DNA of 63,150 nt, counting the filler, from Octopus bimaculoides (taxonomy: Eukaryota): assembly GCF_001194135.2 (NCBI RefSeq). It is 5 parts of 5 records of this genome, joined end to end, with 100 filler letters (N's around TTAATTAATTAA, not from the genome) between each part and the next. Parts side by side here need not be neighbours in the genome. Positions count along the whole stretch, not along the records: positions 36,573 to 52,636 come from NC_068989.1; 4 more parts are not named here. One strand, written 5' to 3'. The stretch's first letter is position 1; each line of letters begins with the position of its first letter. A model generated the notes under the pieces. The model was not told the DNA's origin. It was given only the letters and a program-made list of their open reading frames with translations, and did not search any database. Below are positions 39,613 through 52,454 of this stretch, piece by piece. Position numbers and translations under genes: made by a program.

Positions 39613-39741
39613 CACACACACATACAAGGTGCTTCTTTCAGTTTCCGTCTACCAAATTCACTCAAAAGGCTTTGGTCGGCCCGAGACTAAACCCGGAACC
39701 ATGTGATTGGGAAGCAAACTTCTTACCGCATAACCGCGCCT
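39380..39741 (-). mobile_element. SINE family B with internal deletion
   Basis: Reverse-complement match to 18900-19299, with part of the post-box-B segment missing. Confidence 0.85.
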
Positions 39742-39744
39742 ATG

Positions 39745-40420
39745 CCAGACGGACATCAGATACTTATAGCGTAGCCATGCTGCTTATTACACTTCCGTAA
39801 ATATTTACCTCTCATTGTTTGCGTCACGTCAGTTTGACGAATGTATTTAAAATATCTATGCATATACTGCAAATACATTAATGAAATGCTGATATCCGTG
39901 TTTCGTTTTCTTCAAATTGAAATAGTCCTATGCAGAAAGAAAGTCAGCGCCATGATTTTTTAAAAAGAACAAGGTGGCAGACGGAAGAATAAGCCATCTC
40001 TGATAGGCTGTTGCTATAGTATTCAGCGCACCAAGTTACCGGAAACCTCGACCGATAATACTAAAGGCTGCGTCAGAGGGCAAGGGTGTGACATTAAAGC
40101 TGGGTAAAAGACGAATGAAAGCTGCCGGTTAAGAGCACGTACAAAAGACATTATAATTCAGTCAACGTACTTTAGTTCAGTTACCCTCTTCTTAATTTCA
40201 TTCGGAAGATAACCGTTTAAGTAGAGGCTAAAATAGTAAACTCTAAGATACGAAACTCTCTCTAAACTGGATGGCGTTCGCAGCCGTGTGATTACCAAGT
40301 GAATATCTTAAATCAAACGGACATACCGGACGGCCAGTAGACACTTATAGCGTAATCATGCAGTTTATAACACTTCCGTAAATATTTACCCCTCACTGTT
40401 TGCGCCATGTCAGTTTGACT
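39745..40420. repeat. Pair of ~95-bp diverged direct repeats (39745-39838 and 40326-40420)
   Basis: Shared acttatagcgta...acacttccgtaaatatttacc...tgtttgcg...gtcagtttgac. Confidence 0.8.
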
Positions 40421-41494
40421 TTCCTCTAAATCACTATGAACGTCGTGATAATGACAGACAAAGTGGCGTCTTTCTGGTGTGGTGACTGCGTCAACTTATA
40501 AGGACAGGAAAATATTATTAGTAATTGTCGCTTAATAGTGTTGCTGTTTTTTTTCTTTCTCTTCTTTTCCTTCATCGCATATTTATTTCTAGTTAACTTT
40601 TGAATGTCTCCCTAACATTAAATATGTTAACACTAAACTTAGCTGGTGTGTTTTTCTTACGCGTAAAGTCACTGAAATATTTCTTATACAAACAAGTTTA
40701 TATGTACATATACTTTTGCCAACTAATGTCATAATCTTGTGTGCGTGTGTGTGTGTTCGTGTGTGTATGTGTGTGTGTGTGTGTGTGTGTATGTGTGTGT
40801 GGTTCTCTGTATACACACATATACACAGAAATATACAAATACATTTATAAACACATATATATATATATATATACACACATATTACATACACACACACATA
40901 TAAACATTCACACACATATAAACATTCACACACATATATATAGATATATAAAATTAAACAATATTATATATATATATANNNNNNNNNNNNNNNNNNNNNN
41001 NNNNNNNNNNNNNNNNNNNNNNNNNNNNNNNNNNNNNNNNNNNNNNNNNNNNNNNNNNNNNNNNNNNNNNNNNNNNNNNNNNNNNNNNNNNNNNNNNNNN
41101 NNNNNNNNNNNNNNNNNNNNNNNNNNNNNNNNNNNNNNNNNGTGTGTGTATGTGTGTGTGGTTCTCTGTATACACACATATACACAGAAATATACAAATA
41201 CATTTATAAACACATATATATATATATATATGCATATATGGGTATAGGACGTCGCCAACGGTGCAAATCAAACGAGTGAAATACGTAAACAACGAGAAAA
41301 AATGAAGCACATGACAAATAAACAGAGAGAAAGGACCCTTCATTAGTTGTCGGCTGTCTATCTACTCCTCATTTTGAGCATTCAACGACAATATGAGTCT
41401 TCAAAGACAGTTGCTCCCATAAATTCTAGAATAAAATTTAGGATTTATGGAGGGTCAAAGTTGGGAACAACAAATGATAGAATCGAACTGATGC

Positions 41495-41700
41495 CCTCAG
41501 ATTATTACTTGTTCCGATCCATGGGCTCACTTCCTGCTCACACGACGCTTCATCAACCAAGTGGAGGTGGAAGTTTCAATTAAGGAGTTCTTCACCTCAA
41601 AGAACAAGAACTGGTATCAGCATGGGATCAAAGTACTGACCGATAGGTGGCTTCAGATGGTGCAACAGATTGTCTTCTACTCCGAACGCTAGGCTGCTTC
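41495..41700 (+). mobile_element. mariner transposase C-terminal fragment
   Basis: PSDYYLFRSM then, after a frameshift, FINQVEVEVSIKEFFTSKNKNWYQHGIKVLTDRWLQMV. Confidence 0.8.
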
Positions 41701-42246
41701 AGTTGTAACTTGACGAATAAAGCTTAACACTATATACATTGCTATAGCGTACTGTAAAACACGTCCGTAAGCTCTTATCCATTACTGTCACTTATGGCGA
41801 ATTTAAACATTCTGCCCCCTGTCCACAAACAAATTGTGAAGGCTGTAAATTGTGAAAGCTGTAAACGCTGCACATCTCAATTCTGTTTGCAGTTTTATAA
41901 GCGACTGTGCAACTTCGTCAACTATTCACAAGCGCACTGCTTATAAACCTACTGATATTAGTGATTGAAGTATACCAGAAAGTCCAATTTGCACATTTAA
42001 CACTTTGCTGGCAGTAAATGTAAGCATAAAATTACTCATCCGTTTACAATATTTTCTTTCATTCTTATAGCATATGAACAGATTCTTAGTTAACATATCC
42101 TTTGCATACACTTAGTGTTTACATTCGTTGTAATATACAGTGTTAGCTGGGACATTATAGGACATTATAGCAAAGAAACAAAATACTGCTAACACACAAA
42201 TACTATGTTTATTATAAATACGTACATACGTATATATTTACACACG

Positions 42247-42323
<77 letters not shown>

Positions 42324-42573
42324 AGTTTGAGTAAATATATATTATATATGAGAACATACACATACTCACTTGCTTATATGGGTTTCCTGATATGCAGCAA
42401 TGGCTGCCCGTCCACCTTACATTCGTTCACTCTATTTCGCTCTCAATTATATCTGATCAGGCCTAGTTCTCGATATATATGGTCACACAAACAAGTGTGT
42501 GTGTGTATTTGTGCGCGTGTCTGTGTGTACGCAGATGTATGTATGAATGTATTTATGTCTGTCTGTATGTAGA

Positions 42574-42987
42574 TTACTCTTTTACTTTTTTACTTGCTTC
42601 AGAAATTTGACTGCGGCCATGCTGGAGCACCGCCTTTAGTCGAGCAAATCGACCCCAGAACCTATTCTTTGTAAGTCTAGTACTTATTCTATCGGTCTCT
42701 TTTGCCGAACCGCTAAGTTACGGGTACGTAAACACACCAGCATCGGTTGTCAAGTGATGTTGGTGGAACAAACACAGACACACGAACATATACAAACGCA
42801 TACATATATATATATACATATATACGACGGGCTTCTTTCAGTTTCCGTCTACCAAATCCACTCACAAGGCTTTGGCCGGCCCGAAGCTGTAGTAGAAGAC
42901 ACTTGCCCAAGGTGCCAAGCAATGGGACTGAACCCGGAACCATGCGGTTGGTAAGCGAGCTACTTACCACACAGCCACTCCTGCGCC
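42574..42987 (-). mobile_element. SINE family B, full length, little diverged
   Basis: Minus strand reads ggcgcaggagtggctgtgtggtaag...ggttccgggttcagtccc. Confidence 0.92.
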
Positions 42988-42989
42988 TA

Positions 42990-43027
<38 letters not shown>

Positions 43028-43493
43028 TGAGCGTGTCTAAACGAATGCTCATATGATAGGCGTCAACGGTAAGATATATTAAGTGGATGGGAAACGAGGG
43101 GAACTGGTAGTGTTAACATTATTCGCAAGAAATACGGATAGCAAATGGAACAGAAATACCGTCCACTCGCCAACACAGTTCGTGTGTGATCTTTGCTTAA
43201 TGCACTGCGTCACTGAGAAACTGTGAAAAGTAGTGGCTGAAGGTGTATTACACGTGGGGGTGGGTGGTGGATGGGATAAAATGGATTGATGTGACTGTCA
43301 TGTGATAGATCTAACGTTTATACGTCTTCCACTAGCCAAGGAAGAGAGAAAGAAAGAAAAGGAATGGAAGGAAGGAAGGTAGGAAGGAAGGGAAGAAAGA
43401 AATATGAGGACCAGATATGAAAGGAAAGGGGAATGCATCAGGAATTTGCAACAGCATTCCAAATCCCAATTATTACGCCACCTAACGTAAGAC

Positions 43494-43532
<39 letters not shown>

Positions 43533-43535
<3 letters not shown>

Positions 43536-43998
43536 TTTCTTTTATTTGCCACCAGGGCGAACGATGAGGGGGACAACACAAAGACAGACATAAAGTGTGG
43601 GGGTTTACATATGTTGTTGTTGTTGGCACTCCGTCGCTCACGACGTCGAAGGTTCCAGTCGATCCGATCAACTGAACAGCCTGCTCGTGAAATTAGCGTG
43701 CAAGTGGCTGAGCACTCCACAGACACGTGTACCCTTAACGTAGTTCTCGGGGATATTCAGCGTGACACAGTGTGACAAGGCTGACCCTTTGAATTACAGG
43801 CACAACAGGAAGTAAGAGTGAGAGAAAGTTGTGGTGAAAGAGTACAACAGGGTTCGCCACCATCCCCTGCCGGAGCCTCGTGGACCTTTTAGGTGTTTTC
43901 GCTCAATAAACACTCACAACGCCCTGTCTGGGAATCGAAACCGCGATCCTATGACCGCGAGTCCGCTGCCCTAACCACTGGGCCATTGCGCCTCCACT
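43533..43998 (-). mobile_element. SINE family C (tRNA head, conserved central domain, (ATT)n tail)
   Basis: Minus head ggaggcgcaatggcccagtggttagggcagcggactcgcgg...ggtttcgattccc contains boxes A and B. The central domain recurs at 52130-52290. Confidence 0.85.
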
Positions 43999-44215
43999 GG
44001 AGGTTTACATATAATGGAATGATTAACAAAAAGGTTAAAGGAAAAGTATACACGATATACATTAAAAGAAGGAAAGAATACATAGTATACGGTGCTAAGA
44101 AGAAGAAAGGAGAAGAAGTTATAGTGGTGGGGACCTCCTGATACAACACATACCCAAGGCATACAAGAGCTGCGCTCGGTAGTGAAGTGAAAGAAACGCT
44201 ATAAAAATAAAACTA

Positions 44216-44320
<105 letters not shown>

Positions 44321-44358
44321 GATGATAATAATGATGGTGATGATGATGATGGTGATGG

Positions 44359-44395
<37 letters not shown>

Positions 44396-44702
44396 CTTGA
44401 TTATGATTATGATGATCATGATAACGAGAACAACAATAAGGGTTGTGGAAGAGAAAGGTGTACCCGTGGTATGTTGGTGTACTTGGTACAATACCCAATG
44501 TGCTACCTAATAATAACAGGCATGGCTGTGTAGGTAAAAGTGTGCATCTGGATGTTAGTTGAGTGTGTGGATTTAAGGTAACGAGAAAGTGGTATAAACA
44601 TGAGCCAGAGGCTGTTTTAGAGAACAAAAATTATAGGATATTTTGGGGACTTCCCCATAAAGACTGACCATTTTATTGAAAGCAAGAAGACTAGATTTGC
44701 AA

Positions 44703-44938
44703 GGCGGCGGGCTGGCAGAAACGTTAGCACACGGGGCGAAATGCCTAGCGGTATTTCGTCTGCCGTTACGTTCTACGTTCAAATTCCGCCGAGGTCGACT
44801 TTGCCTTTCATCCTTTCGGGGTCGATAAATTAAATACCAGTTACGCACTGGGGTCGATGTAATCGACTTAATCCCTCTGTCTGTCCTTGTTTGTCCCCTC
44901 TATGTTTAGCCCCTTGTGGGCAATAAAGAAATAAGAAG
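44703..44938 (+). mobile_element. SINE family A, full length
   Basis: ggcggcgggctggcagaaacgttagc...gttcaaattccgccgaggtcgactttgcctttcatcctttcggggtcgataaa...gcaataaagaaataagaa. Confidence 0.9.
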
Positions 44939-44939
44939 A

Positions 44940-45255
44940 CTAGATTTGATTGTATAGGAGAAAAGAAAGAAACAGTATAAAATAGTAGACTTTTGCAATA
45001 TCATATGATAACGGAGGGGATACCAAAGAAATTTAAAAGAATTGCGGAATATCAGGATCTAACCAGAGAGCTGAAGAGACCGTAAAAGATTAAAACAACA
45101 ATTATTCTAGTGTTAAATGTTGTTCTTGGCACAACATCCAAACTGTTATCCAAGAGTCTAAAAGATATTGGAACCGAGACTTGCATCGTCAACTTGTAGA
45201 AAAGTACATCGTGTATTCAACAGGAATCTTAAGAAAGATTCTCGAGATTTGAAAC
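44940..45255 (+). mobile_element. Decayed R4/Dong LINE 3' fragment (RLE domain end)
   Basis: KIAEYQDLTRELKR...VLGTTSKLLSKSLKDIGTET...ILRKILEI* pattern across frameshifts. Confidence 0.65.
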
Positions 45256-45358
45256 TTGTTGTTACCTTATCTCAAGATAACATTCCTGCTTATTAAATTA
45301 GCATGTAACAGATTAGTAGTAGTAGTAATAATAATTATAGTAATAGTAGTGATGGTGT

Positions 45359-45411
<53 letters not shown>

Positions 45412-45649
45412 ATAGTAGTAGTAGTAGTAGTAGTAGTAATAGTAGTAGTAGTAGTAGTAATAGTAATAATTATAGTAATAGTAGTGGTGGTGGTGTTGGT
45501 GGTAGTAGTAGTAGTAGTAGTTATAGTAATGTTGCTGTGAATTTTCTTTCCATTTTTCCGCTTTATTTTCTCTGTCTACATTTTTCTTCATTTTTTTCTA
45601 TTTTCCTTTTTCTCTCTATTTTTCATTCCCACTTTCTCTATCACATGAC

Positions 45650-45765
45650 TCTGAAAATGAACAATCTGCTGTGTTTATTTTAACGGCCTACCAGTGTAAA
45701 CAGTGAGTTTCTCTGCCCTAGATGTCAGGAAGACACTCAGTAAGAAACAGAAACAGAATTGAAAG
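45650..45765. repeat. Unclassified interspersed repeat; inverted copy at 57715-57830
   Basis: atcacatgact...aatgaacaatct...cagtgagtttct...aagacactcagtaagaaa matches the reverse complement of 57720-57830. Confidence 0.65.
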
Positions 45766-45800
45766 AAGATGATAATGGTGATAATAATAACAATAATAAT

Positions 45801-45948
45801 TCTTTCTACTAAAGGCACAAAGCTTGAGATTTTGAGGGAGGGGATTAGTCGATTACATCGACCCCAATGTTTCACTGGTACTTAATTTATCGACCCCGAA
45901 AGGACGAAGGGTATAGTCGACCTCGGCAGAATTTGAACTCAGAGCATA
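45801..45948 (-). mobile_element. SINE family A, 3' half
   Basis: gtcgattacatcgacccca...ggtacttaatttatcgaccccgaaagga. Confidence 0.85.
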
Positions 45949-46659
45949 ACGATATAATAATAATAGTAATAGAGCTTGCATTGCGGGAAAACTCTCTTCA
46001 TCAGCTGCCGAACAGAAATTACAACAATTTCGGCACCTGTCGACACTGCCACTTCATCCAACAGTGCTGAGCAGTACTGATACTACCGGGTAGTCCTACA
46101 GTTCTCTTTTGCCTATACCACAGCATTGCATTTCTATTCCGTCAGCCATGCAACCACCTTAGACTAAATTAGATACAGCTGTAATAACCCACTTCAAGCA
46201 TCATCTTTTTTGTTTTACTACTCACTGATCATTTGTTAATTGCTCTCAGCTTTGTTCACCTCTCCCACATCACTACCACATCCATGATGAAGCATTACCT
46301 GTTGTCATGTAGGACTTCGTGGACTTACCTACAAACTCACTCCGTATTACCTTCCCACGTAAAAGAAAGACACCATCAACTCAGCAATCACAACTGTTCT
46401 ATCATTATTTTATTCAGTGTATAAAGAGAATACATTGACACAGTTTACAAGCTTTTCCTTCCTTCCTTCCTTCCTTCCCCTAGCTGGCTATTAATTTATT
46501 TCTCTATACATTTAACTAAATATTTGTTTATGGTTTATTCATAGTTTTCCTTCTCTCTCTCTCTCTCTTTCTCCCTTATACCTTTACACACACATATATT
46601 TATATGCATACATATGAACTTACATACAGACATATATAAATACAAGCACGCATACATAA

Positions 46660-46830
46660 TCCAATATATAAATCCCGTTCTGTCTGTCTGTTTATGCGCG
46701 TATAACTCGAGTATTGTTCATCCGATCGTGCTGAAAATTTTAAACATGCATATATGAGAGTGCGGGGCGTTTCGTAATCTAAAAAGATTTTCAAAATTGT
46801 CAGTTTCAAAGTGAGAATCGCTATTCTTGT
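46660..46830 (+). mobile_element. Orphan Helitron 5' end
   Basis: A|TCCAATATATAAATCCCGTTCTG..., ~170 bp closely similar to 47101-47275. No CTAG 3' end before 47101. Confidence 0.7.
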
Positions 46831-46972
46831 AATCTTTTTGGCCAGTTTCTTCCGCCATGCTGTTCATTAAAAGCAACGAGTTGCTCAGACAGCCGGCACA
46901 TACCATTTCGCTGGCAACAAGGGGAGTACAGGATGACAGTCAACCCAAACCGTCGTTATGCTGCCTCTTTTC

Positions 46973-47019
<47 letters not shown>

Positions 47020-47100
47020 TCTCTATACGTAGAGGGTTCAATACGATTATCTAACTTAAAGCAACAGTCATCAAATGCAAAATACCTAAAGAACTGTTAA

Positions 47101-48204
47101 TCTAATATATAAATCCCGTTCTGTTTTTTTTTTTTGTGCGTTTATAACTCGAGTATTGTTCATCCGATCGCGCTGAAATTTTAAACATGGATACATGTGA
47201 GCGCGGGGCGTTCCGTAATCTAAAGAGATCTTCAAAATTGTCAGTTTTAAAAATGAGAATCGCTATTTTTGTAATGTTTGCCTGTCCATCGGACAATTAA
47301 AACTTCATTTTTATTCGAAACTACTGTTATGTATCCCGTTGTTCTTACCACTACGTCAGTGAAAATCGAGATAAAATACTTAAAGTAACAGTTGTCAAAT
47401 ACAAAAGCCAAGGTCCATACAGTGTCATGGGCCCCAAAAAATTTCCAACTTCTTGCCTAATGCGAGCCCAGAGCAATCTCTTATCTTTTACACTATTTCA
47501 GTATTACGTCTCTACTGTAATGTGAGATAATACTTTCAGTTTGAAAGAAGTCTGTCCTATATGTATATATTCTTTATACATTCCAAAACTGAGTTACTGA
47601 TTTTGACGTATAGGGTATCAAAAGGTTCAGTACTCTTTCTGCTACAGATTAAACTTAATTTCCATTTACATATTTGCATTTCAAAAATTTAACATTATAA
47701 TCTATTCCATAAATCAACAATCGTAAACATTTTATATGATGACGACGATGACGTCACATTTTCTATATATGTGTACCTTAAAAGACATTAATCATCACGA
47801 CACACACCTTTACTCACTCACTATCTCACTTTTTCTCTCTCACACACATGCGCACGCACGCGTCTTTTTCATATACACGTACACACATCTTTCACTTTCT
47901 CATCTCCTTCACTTTCTTTCTCTGTCCTTTTCGCTTTCTCTTTCAATTTCTGCTCTCTTCGAATAAACTTTTACGGAATGAGCGGGAGAAACACATAATG
48001 AGCCACCACAGCAGAATGGTGTGTCAGTGTATGTGTTGACTGACATAACGAACGGCTGGAGGTGAAACTCTTGACAAAAAAACAATGAAGTGGCAGGTCT
48101 AAGGTATATAAAAATATACATTTACCATTCAATTGCCAGTTAATAATTATCGCAGCAGTTGCAAGGCTGCAAGGTATTTACAGTTACATATTTACCCTTA
48201 AATT

Positions 48205-48235
<31 letters not shown>

Positions 48236-49298
48236 CTTAAGAAATTTATCTGTAATAATTATTATGGCATTTACCGTTAAATTAGCAGTTTATACATGTG
48301 CTTCTATTTGGTTAATTTATACTGTATACAAAATTAAAAACATACTACATACAACTGCTTACAAAAAGTTTTTGTTTACAATATTGAAAAAAATATGCCA
48401 CCAAAGAAAAGACGTAATCTCTCCAGAAACAAGTATAAAGCAAGGGGGGTTGTAGAAAACCGAAGGCGAGAGTCTGAAGAGAGAAGTGAGNNNNNNNNNN
48501 NNNNNNNNNNNNNNNNNNNNNNNNNNNNNNNNNNNNNNNNNNNNNNNNNNNNNNNNNNNNNNNNNNNNNNNNNNNNNNNNNNNNNNNNNNNNNNNNNNNN
48601 NNNNNNNNNNNNNNNNNNNNNNNNNNNNNNNNNNNNNNNNNNNNNNNNNNNNNNNNNNNNNNNNNNNNNNNNNNNNNNNNNNNAATAGAATAGCTCTCAG
48701 AAACAGACTACGTACAAATTCGTTCTTCACAACTCCTGCAGCTGTTTCCAGATATGATCCATCCCATTCTTATAAAAATGGTAACTCTGTCCAAATTGGT
48801 GTGCTAAACACAAATTGTCGTTTCTGCAGAGCTTTAAAATTTTCAAATGAATTTACACCGACGTCAGAGTTCAGGGGCAAGTCTATCAGCTCATTGGTTC
48901 CCTGTTACCTGTGGTTGTTCATAACCACAGTTCCTCCAAATTTAGTTTATGAGAGATGTAGGAAACAAAACAGAAGGAGGTGTCAAAATTTCAGATGATG
49001 GGTCGTGTTAGACACAGCACCGACTGCTGCAAAAGAGAGTATATCCACTGATAGCTTTTCGGTACGTTCAAAAATCACATAACCCCCACCTCCAATTTTC
49101 CATGACCGATTAGGGCTTGAAATACTCCAAACGGATGCACAGCATGTTGCTTAGTCGAATTAGCCCATCATTTACTACACGAATGTTTTGTTGTCACTGT
49201 TGCACGTTCCCATATCACCTATTTCAACATAACTATAATATATTATATATAATATCTATGCCATTTTAATCCCAAGCAACGCCGGGTATCTCTGCTAG
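47101..49298 (+). mobile_element. Internally deleted Helitron with RepHel N-terminal remnants
   Basis: 5' A|TC at 47101 and 3' cccaagcaacgccggg hairpin-like motif + CTAG|T at 49298. ORF start MPPKKRRNLSR at 48395, IGVLNTNCRFCRALKFSNE, and frameshifted RVQGQVYQLIGSLLP. Confidence 0.85.
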
Positions 49299-49694
49299 TA
49301 CATGCATATATACGTATACAAACACACACGCACATGTATGTATGTGCATACATACATATATGTATGTACGTATATATGTATGTATGTGTGTATGTATGTA
49401 TGTATGTATGTATGTATGTATGCATGTGTGTATGTATGCATGCATGTGTATATGTATGTATGCATGTATGTATGTATTCCCTCTTGGCATCTTCATTTCT
49501 CGCTTTAAAAGATAAATGATACATATAAACTGATTCTATATGGTTGAACTACATAAAAATCACGTCCGAAACTGATTTCCACTTAATTTAATTCTAAAAT
49601 ATTCCTATCACTATTTTCTGAATTCGGGGAAAAGAAAAGAAATATAAAATTAACTAAATAAAAAACAAAAATTATGTATATATTTGTGCATACG

Positions 49695-49771
<77 letters not shown>

Positions 49772-49909
49772 GTGTCTGTCTGTCTGTCTGTTTGTCTGCC
49801 TGTCTACCTACCTGCCTACCTACCTACCTACCTACCTACCTACCTACCTACTACCTATCTACCTACCTACCTGACAACCTACCTACCTACCTATCTATCT
49901 GTATGTATA

Positions 49910-49961
<52 letters not shown>

Positions 49962-50624
49962 NNNNNNNNNNNNNNNNNNNNNNNNNNNNNNNNNNNNNNN
50001 NNNNNNNNNNNNNNNNNNNNNNNNNNNNNNNNNNNNNNNNNNNNNNNNNNNNNNNNNNNNNNNNNNNNNNNNNNNNNNNNNNNNNNNNNNNNNNNNNNNN
50101 NNNNNNNNNNNNNNNNNNNNNNNNNNNNNNNNNNNNNNNNNNNNNNNNNNNNNNNNNNNNNNNNNNNNNNNNNNNNNNNNNNNNNNNNNNNNNNNNNNNN
50201 NNNNNNNNNNNNNNNNNNNNNNNNNNNNNNNNNNNNNNNNNNNNNNNNNNNNNNNNNNNNNNNNNNNNNNNNNNNNNNNNNNNNNNNNNNNNNNNNNNNN
50301 NNNNNNNNNNNNNNNNNNNNNNNNNNNNNNNNNNNNNNNNNNNNNNNNNNNNNNNNNNNNNNNNNNNATTTATGGAATATATTTTCCTTTGAAAAGAAAA
50401 TTTGAAATATAAAAAAAGTATATGAAAATAGATAAATAAAATAAATGCACTTGGTGTACTCTGAGAATGGACTCGATTCAGTTTCACTTTCGGTTTTTCA
50501 TTTATTTACTTATTATTTACTTATTTATTTATTTTGTGTGTTTGCGTATATGTTGACGTTGCTTTTGTGCTTCTTTCTTTCACTATATTATATCGGTGTT
50601 ATGAAACAACTTTGCTAAAAAGCG

Positions 50625-50670
<46 letters not shown>

Positions 50671-50864
50671 TCCTCCTCTCATAATTATTTTCTATTTACC
50701 TTCTGTTTATTTCCCTGTTGTACCTGCCTCGTCTTTATCGGCGCACCACCATACAAAGCTTCCAGTCATACCCGAACTGCCATCAACCACACCCGCCCCG
50801 TCGTCACCTATCCTCAACATCCTCACCATCATCATCGTCGTCGTCGTCATCATCATCATCATCG

Positions 50865-50908
<44 letters not shown>

Positions 50909-50994
50909 GCCCATATATTGAAAATTCACCAATCGATACCATTACTAAAACCGCTGTGACAACCACTAACATTAGCACCACTACTGACATACTG

Positions 50995-51212
50995 GTTTCA
51001 AATTCTGGTACCAGGCCAGCAATTTCAGAGTGTGTTGGTTGTGGCAAGTCGATTACATTGATCGTAGCGTTTCACTGCTACTTAATTTATGGGTCCCGAA
51101 AGCATGAAAGGCAAAGTCGACTTCGGCGGAATTTGAACTCAGGACGTACGGACGAAATGCCGCTAAGCATTTGGCCAGGCGTGCTAACGAATCTGCTAGC
51201 TCTCCGCCTTAA
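50995..51212 (-). mobile_element. SINE family A
   Basis: Reverse-complement match to 44703-44880. Confidence 0.85.
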
Positions 51213-51273
51213 CAACAACACCATTAAGAAGAAGAAGAACAAGAACAAGAACAAGAACAACAATAACAACAAT

Positions 51274-51482
51274 GTTTTCTATTAAAGGTACATGGCCTGA
51301 AATTTCGGGGGAAGAGCTAAGTCGATTTCATCGACTCCAGTATTCAACTGGTACTTATCTCACCGACCCCGAAAGGATGAAAGGTAAAGTCGACCTCGGC
51401 GGAATTTGAAATCAGAACGTAAAGACGGATGAAATGCTACTAAGCATTTTTCCTGGTGTGCTCACAATTCTGCCAGCTCGCA
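51274..51482 (-). mobile_element. SINE family A
   Basis: Reverse-complement match; ends in ctgccagctcg. Confidence 0.85.
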
Positions 51483-51579
51483 GCTTCCCACTACTAATAT
51501 ATTAGTGATAGGATGATGAAGGCTGGTACACAGAAAGTGGACATACATCTGGTCTGGTCTGTTCTGGGCATCCTCAAAC

Positions 51580-51643
<64 letters not shown>

Positions 51644-51647
51644 ATAA

Positions 51648-51785
51648 GGCGGCGAGCTGGCAGAATCGTCAGCACGCCGAGCGAAATGCTTAGTAGCATT
51701 TCGTCTATCCTTACGTTGAGTTCAATTTCCACCGAGGTCGACTTTGCCTTTCATCCTATCGGGGCCGATGAAATAAGTACCGGTT
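51648..51785 (+). mobile_element. SINE family A, 3'-truncated
   Basis: ggcggcgagctggcagaatcg...gtcgactttgcctttcatcct...taagtacc. Confidence 0.85.
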
Positions 51786-51954
51786 ACCCAAAATTTCAGA
51801 CCTCTGCAAGAAAGCCTATCTGGGGAAGGCTTCCCTCCGAGTGCTACAATGTGTATCCTGTCATCAAAAACATGGATGTTTTTCTCGGCTTGCATGGTGT
51901 ACTAGCAAGAGAGTGACAAATGCGAGACATTTTGTATCAGCAGTAAGCATACGC

Positions 51955-52290
51955 CGTAGCCGCGGTATGGCTCAATGGTTAAGTTCATTTCACAACAACG
52001 CGGTTTCGATTTCGATCCCACTATATTGGCTTTTTGGACAAATTATTGTCATTTTCTCTAGCCTCGCGTCCATCTACATCTGATCGAAACTGACTGGACG
52101 GAAAGTGTATAGAAGCCTGTCGAATGGATTGTCCTTGTAATGACACACTGTCTCACGCTGATTGTGTCAGAGAATTACGTTGAAGGTACACGTGTCTGTG
52201 GAATACTCGGCCACTTGCATGTTAGTTCAGGAGCAGGTAATTCAGTTAATCGAACAACTGAAACCTCATCGTCGATCGACGGAGATCCAC
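51955..52290 (+). mobile_element. Degenerate SINE family C
   Basis: ggtacacgtgtctgtggaatactcggccacttgca matches the reverse complement of 43700-43740. Confidence 0.65.
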
Positions 52291-52454
52291 CACCACCATA
52301 ACCACTACCATAACCACCACTACTCCCCCATCCACCGTAACTGTTGCCACAACTATGACCACGGCCACGACCACTACCACAGCTTCCCCATCCACCATGG
52401 CCTCCCCACCACCTCCGCCATCACCACTTTGCACTATTTACGTATCCACATAAA

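Noticed and set aside
40780-41235. ~85-bp duplication across the 40979-41141 gap
   Set aside because: Same gap-flanking pattern; probably an assembly or haplotype artefact.
41300-41380. CTAATGA-AGGG on the minus strand as a third hammerhead
   Set aside because: The core is mutated and no GAAA or stem III follows.
43930-43998. tRNA-like sequence with boxes A and B
   Set aside because: It is the head of a SINE continuing into body and tail. No stand-alone tRNA gene was found in the window.
45985-46015. CTGATGA on the minus strand
   Set aside because: No stem II-GAAA arrangement. Other CTGATGA/CTGACGA hits I checked (for example 6196, 15165, 16472, 19676, 53806, 54490) also fail.
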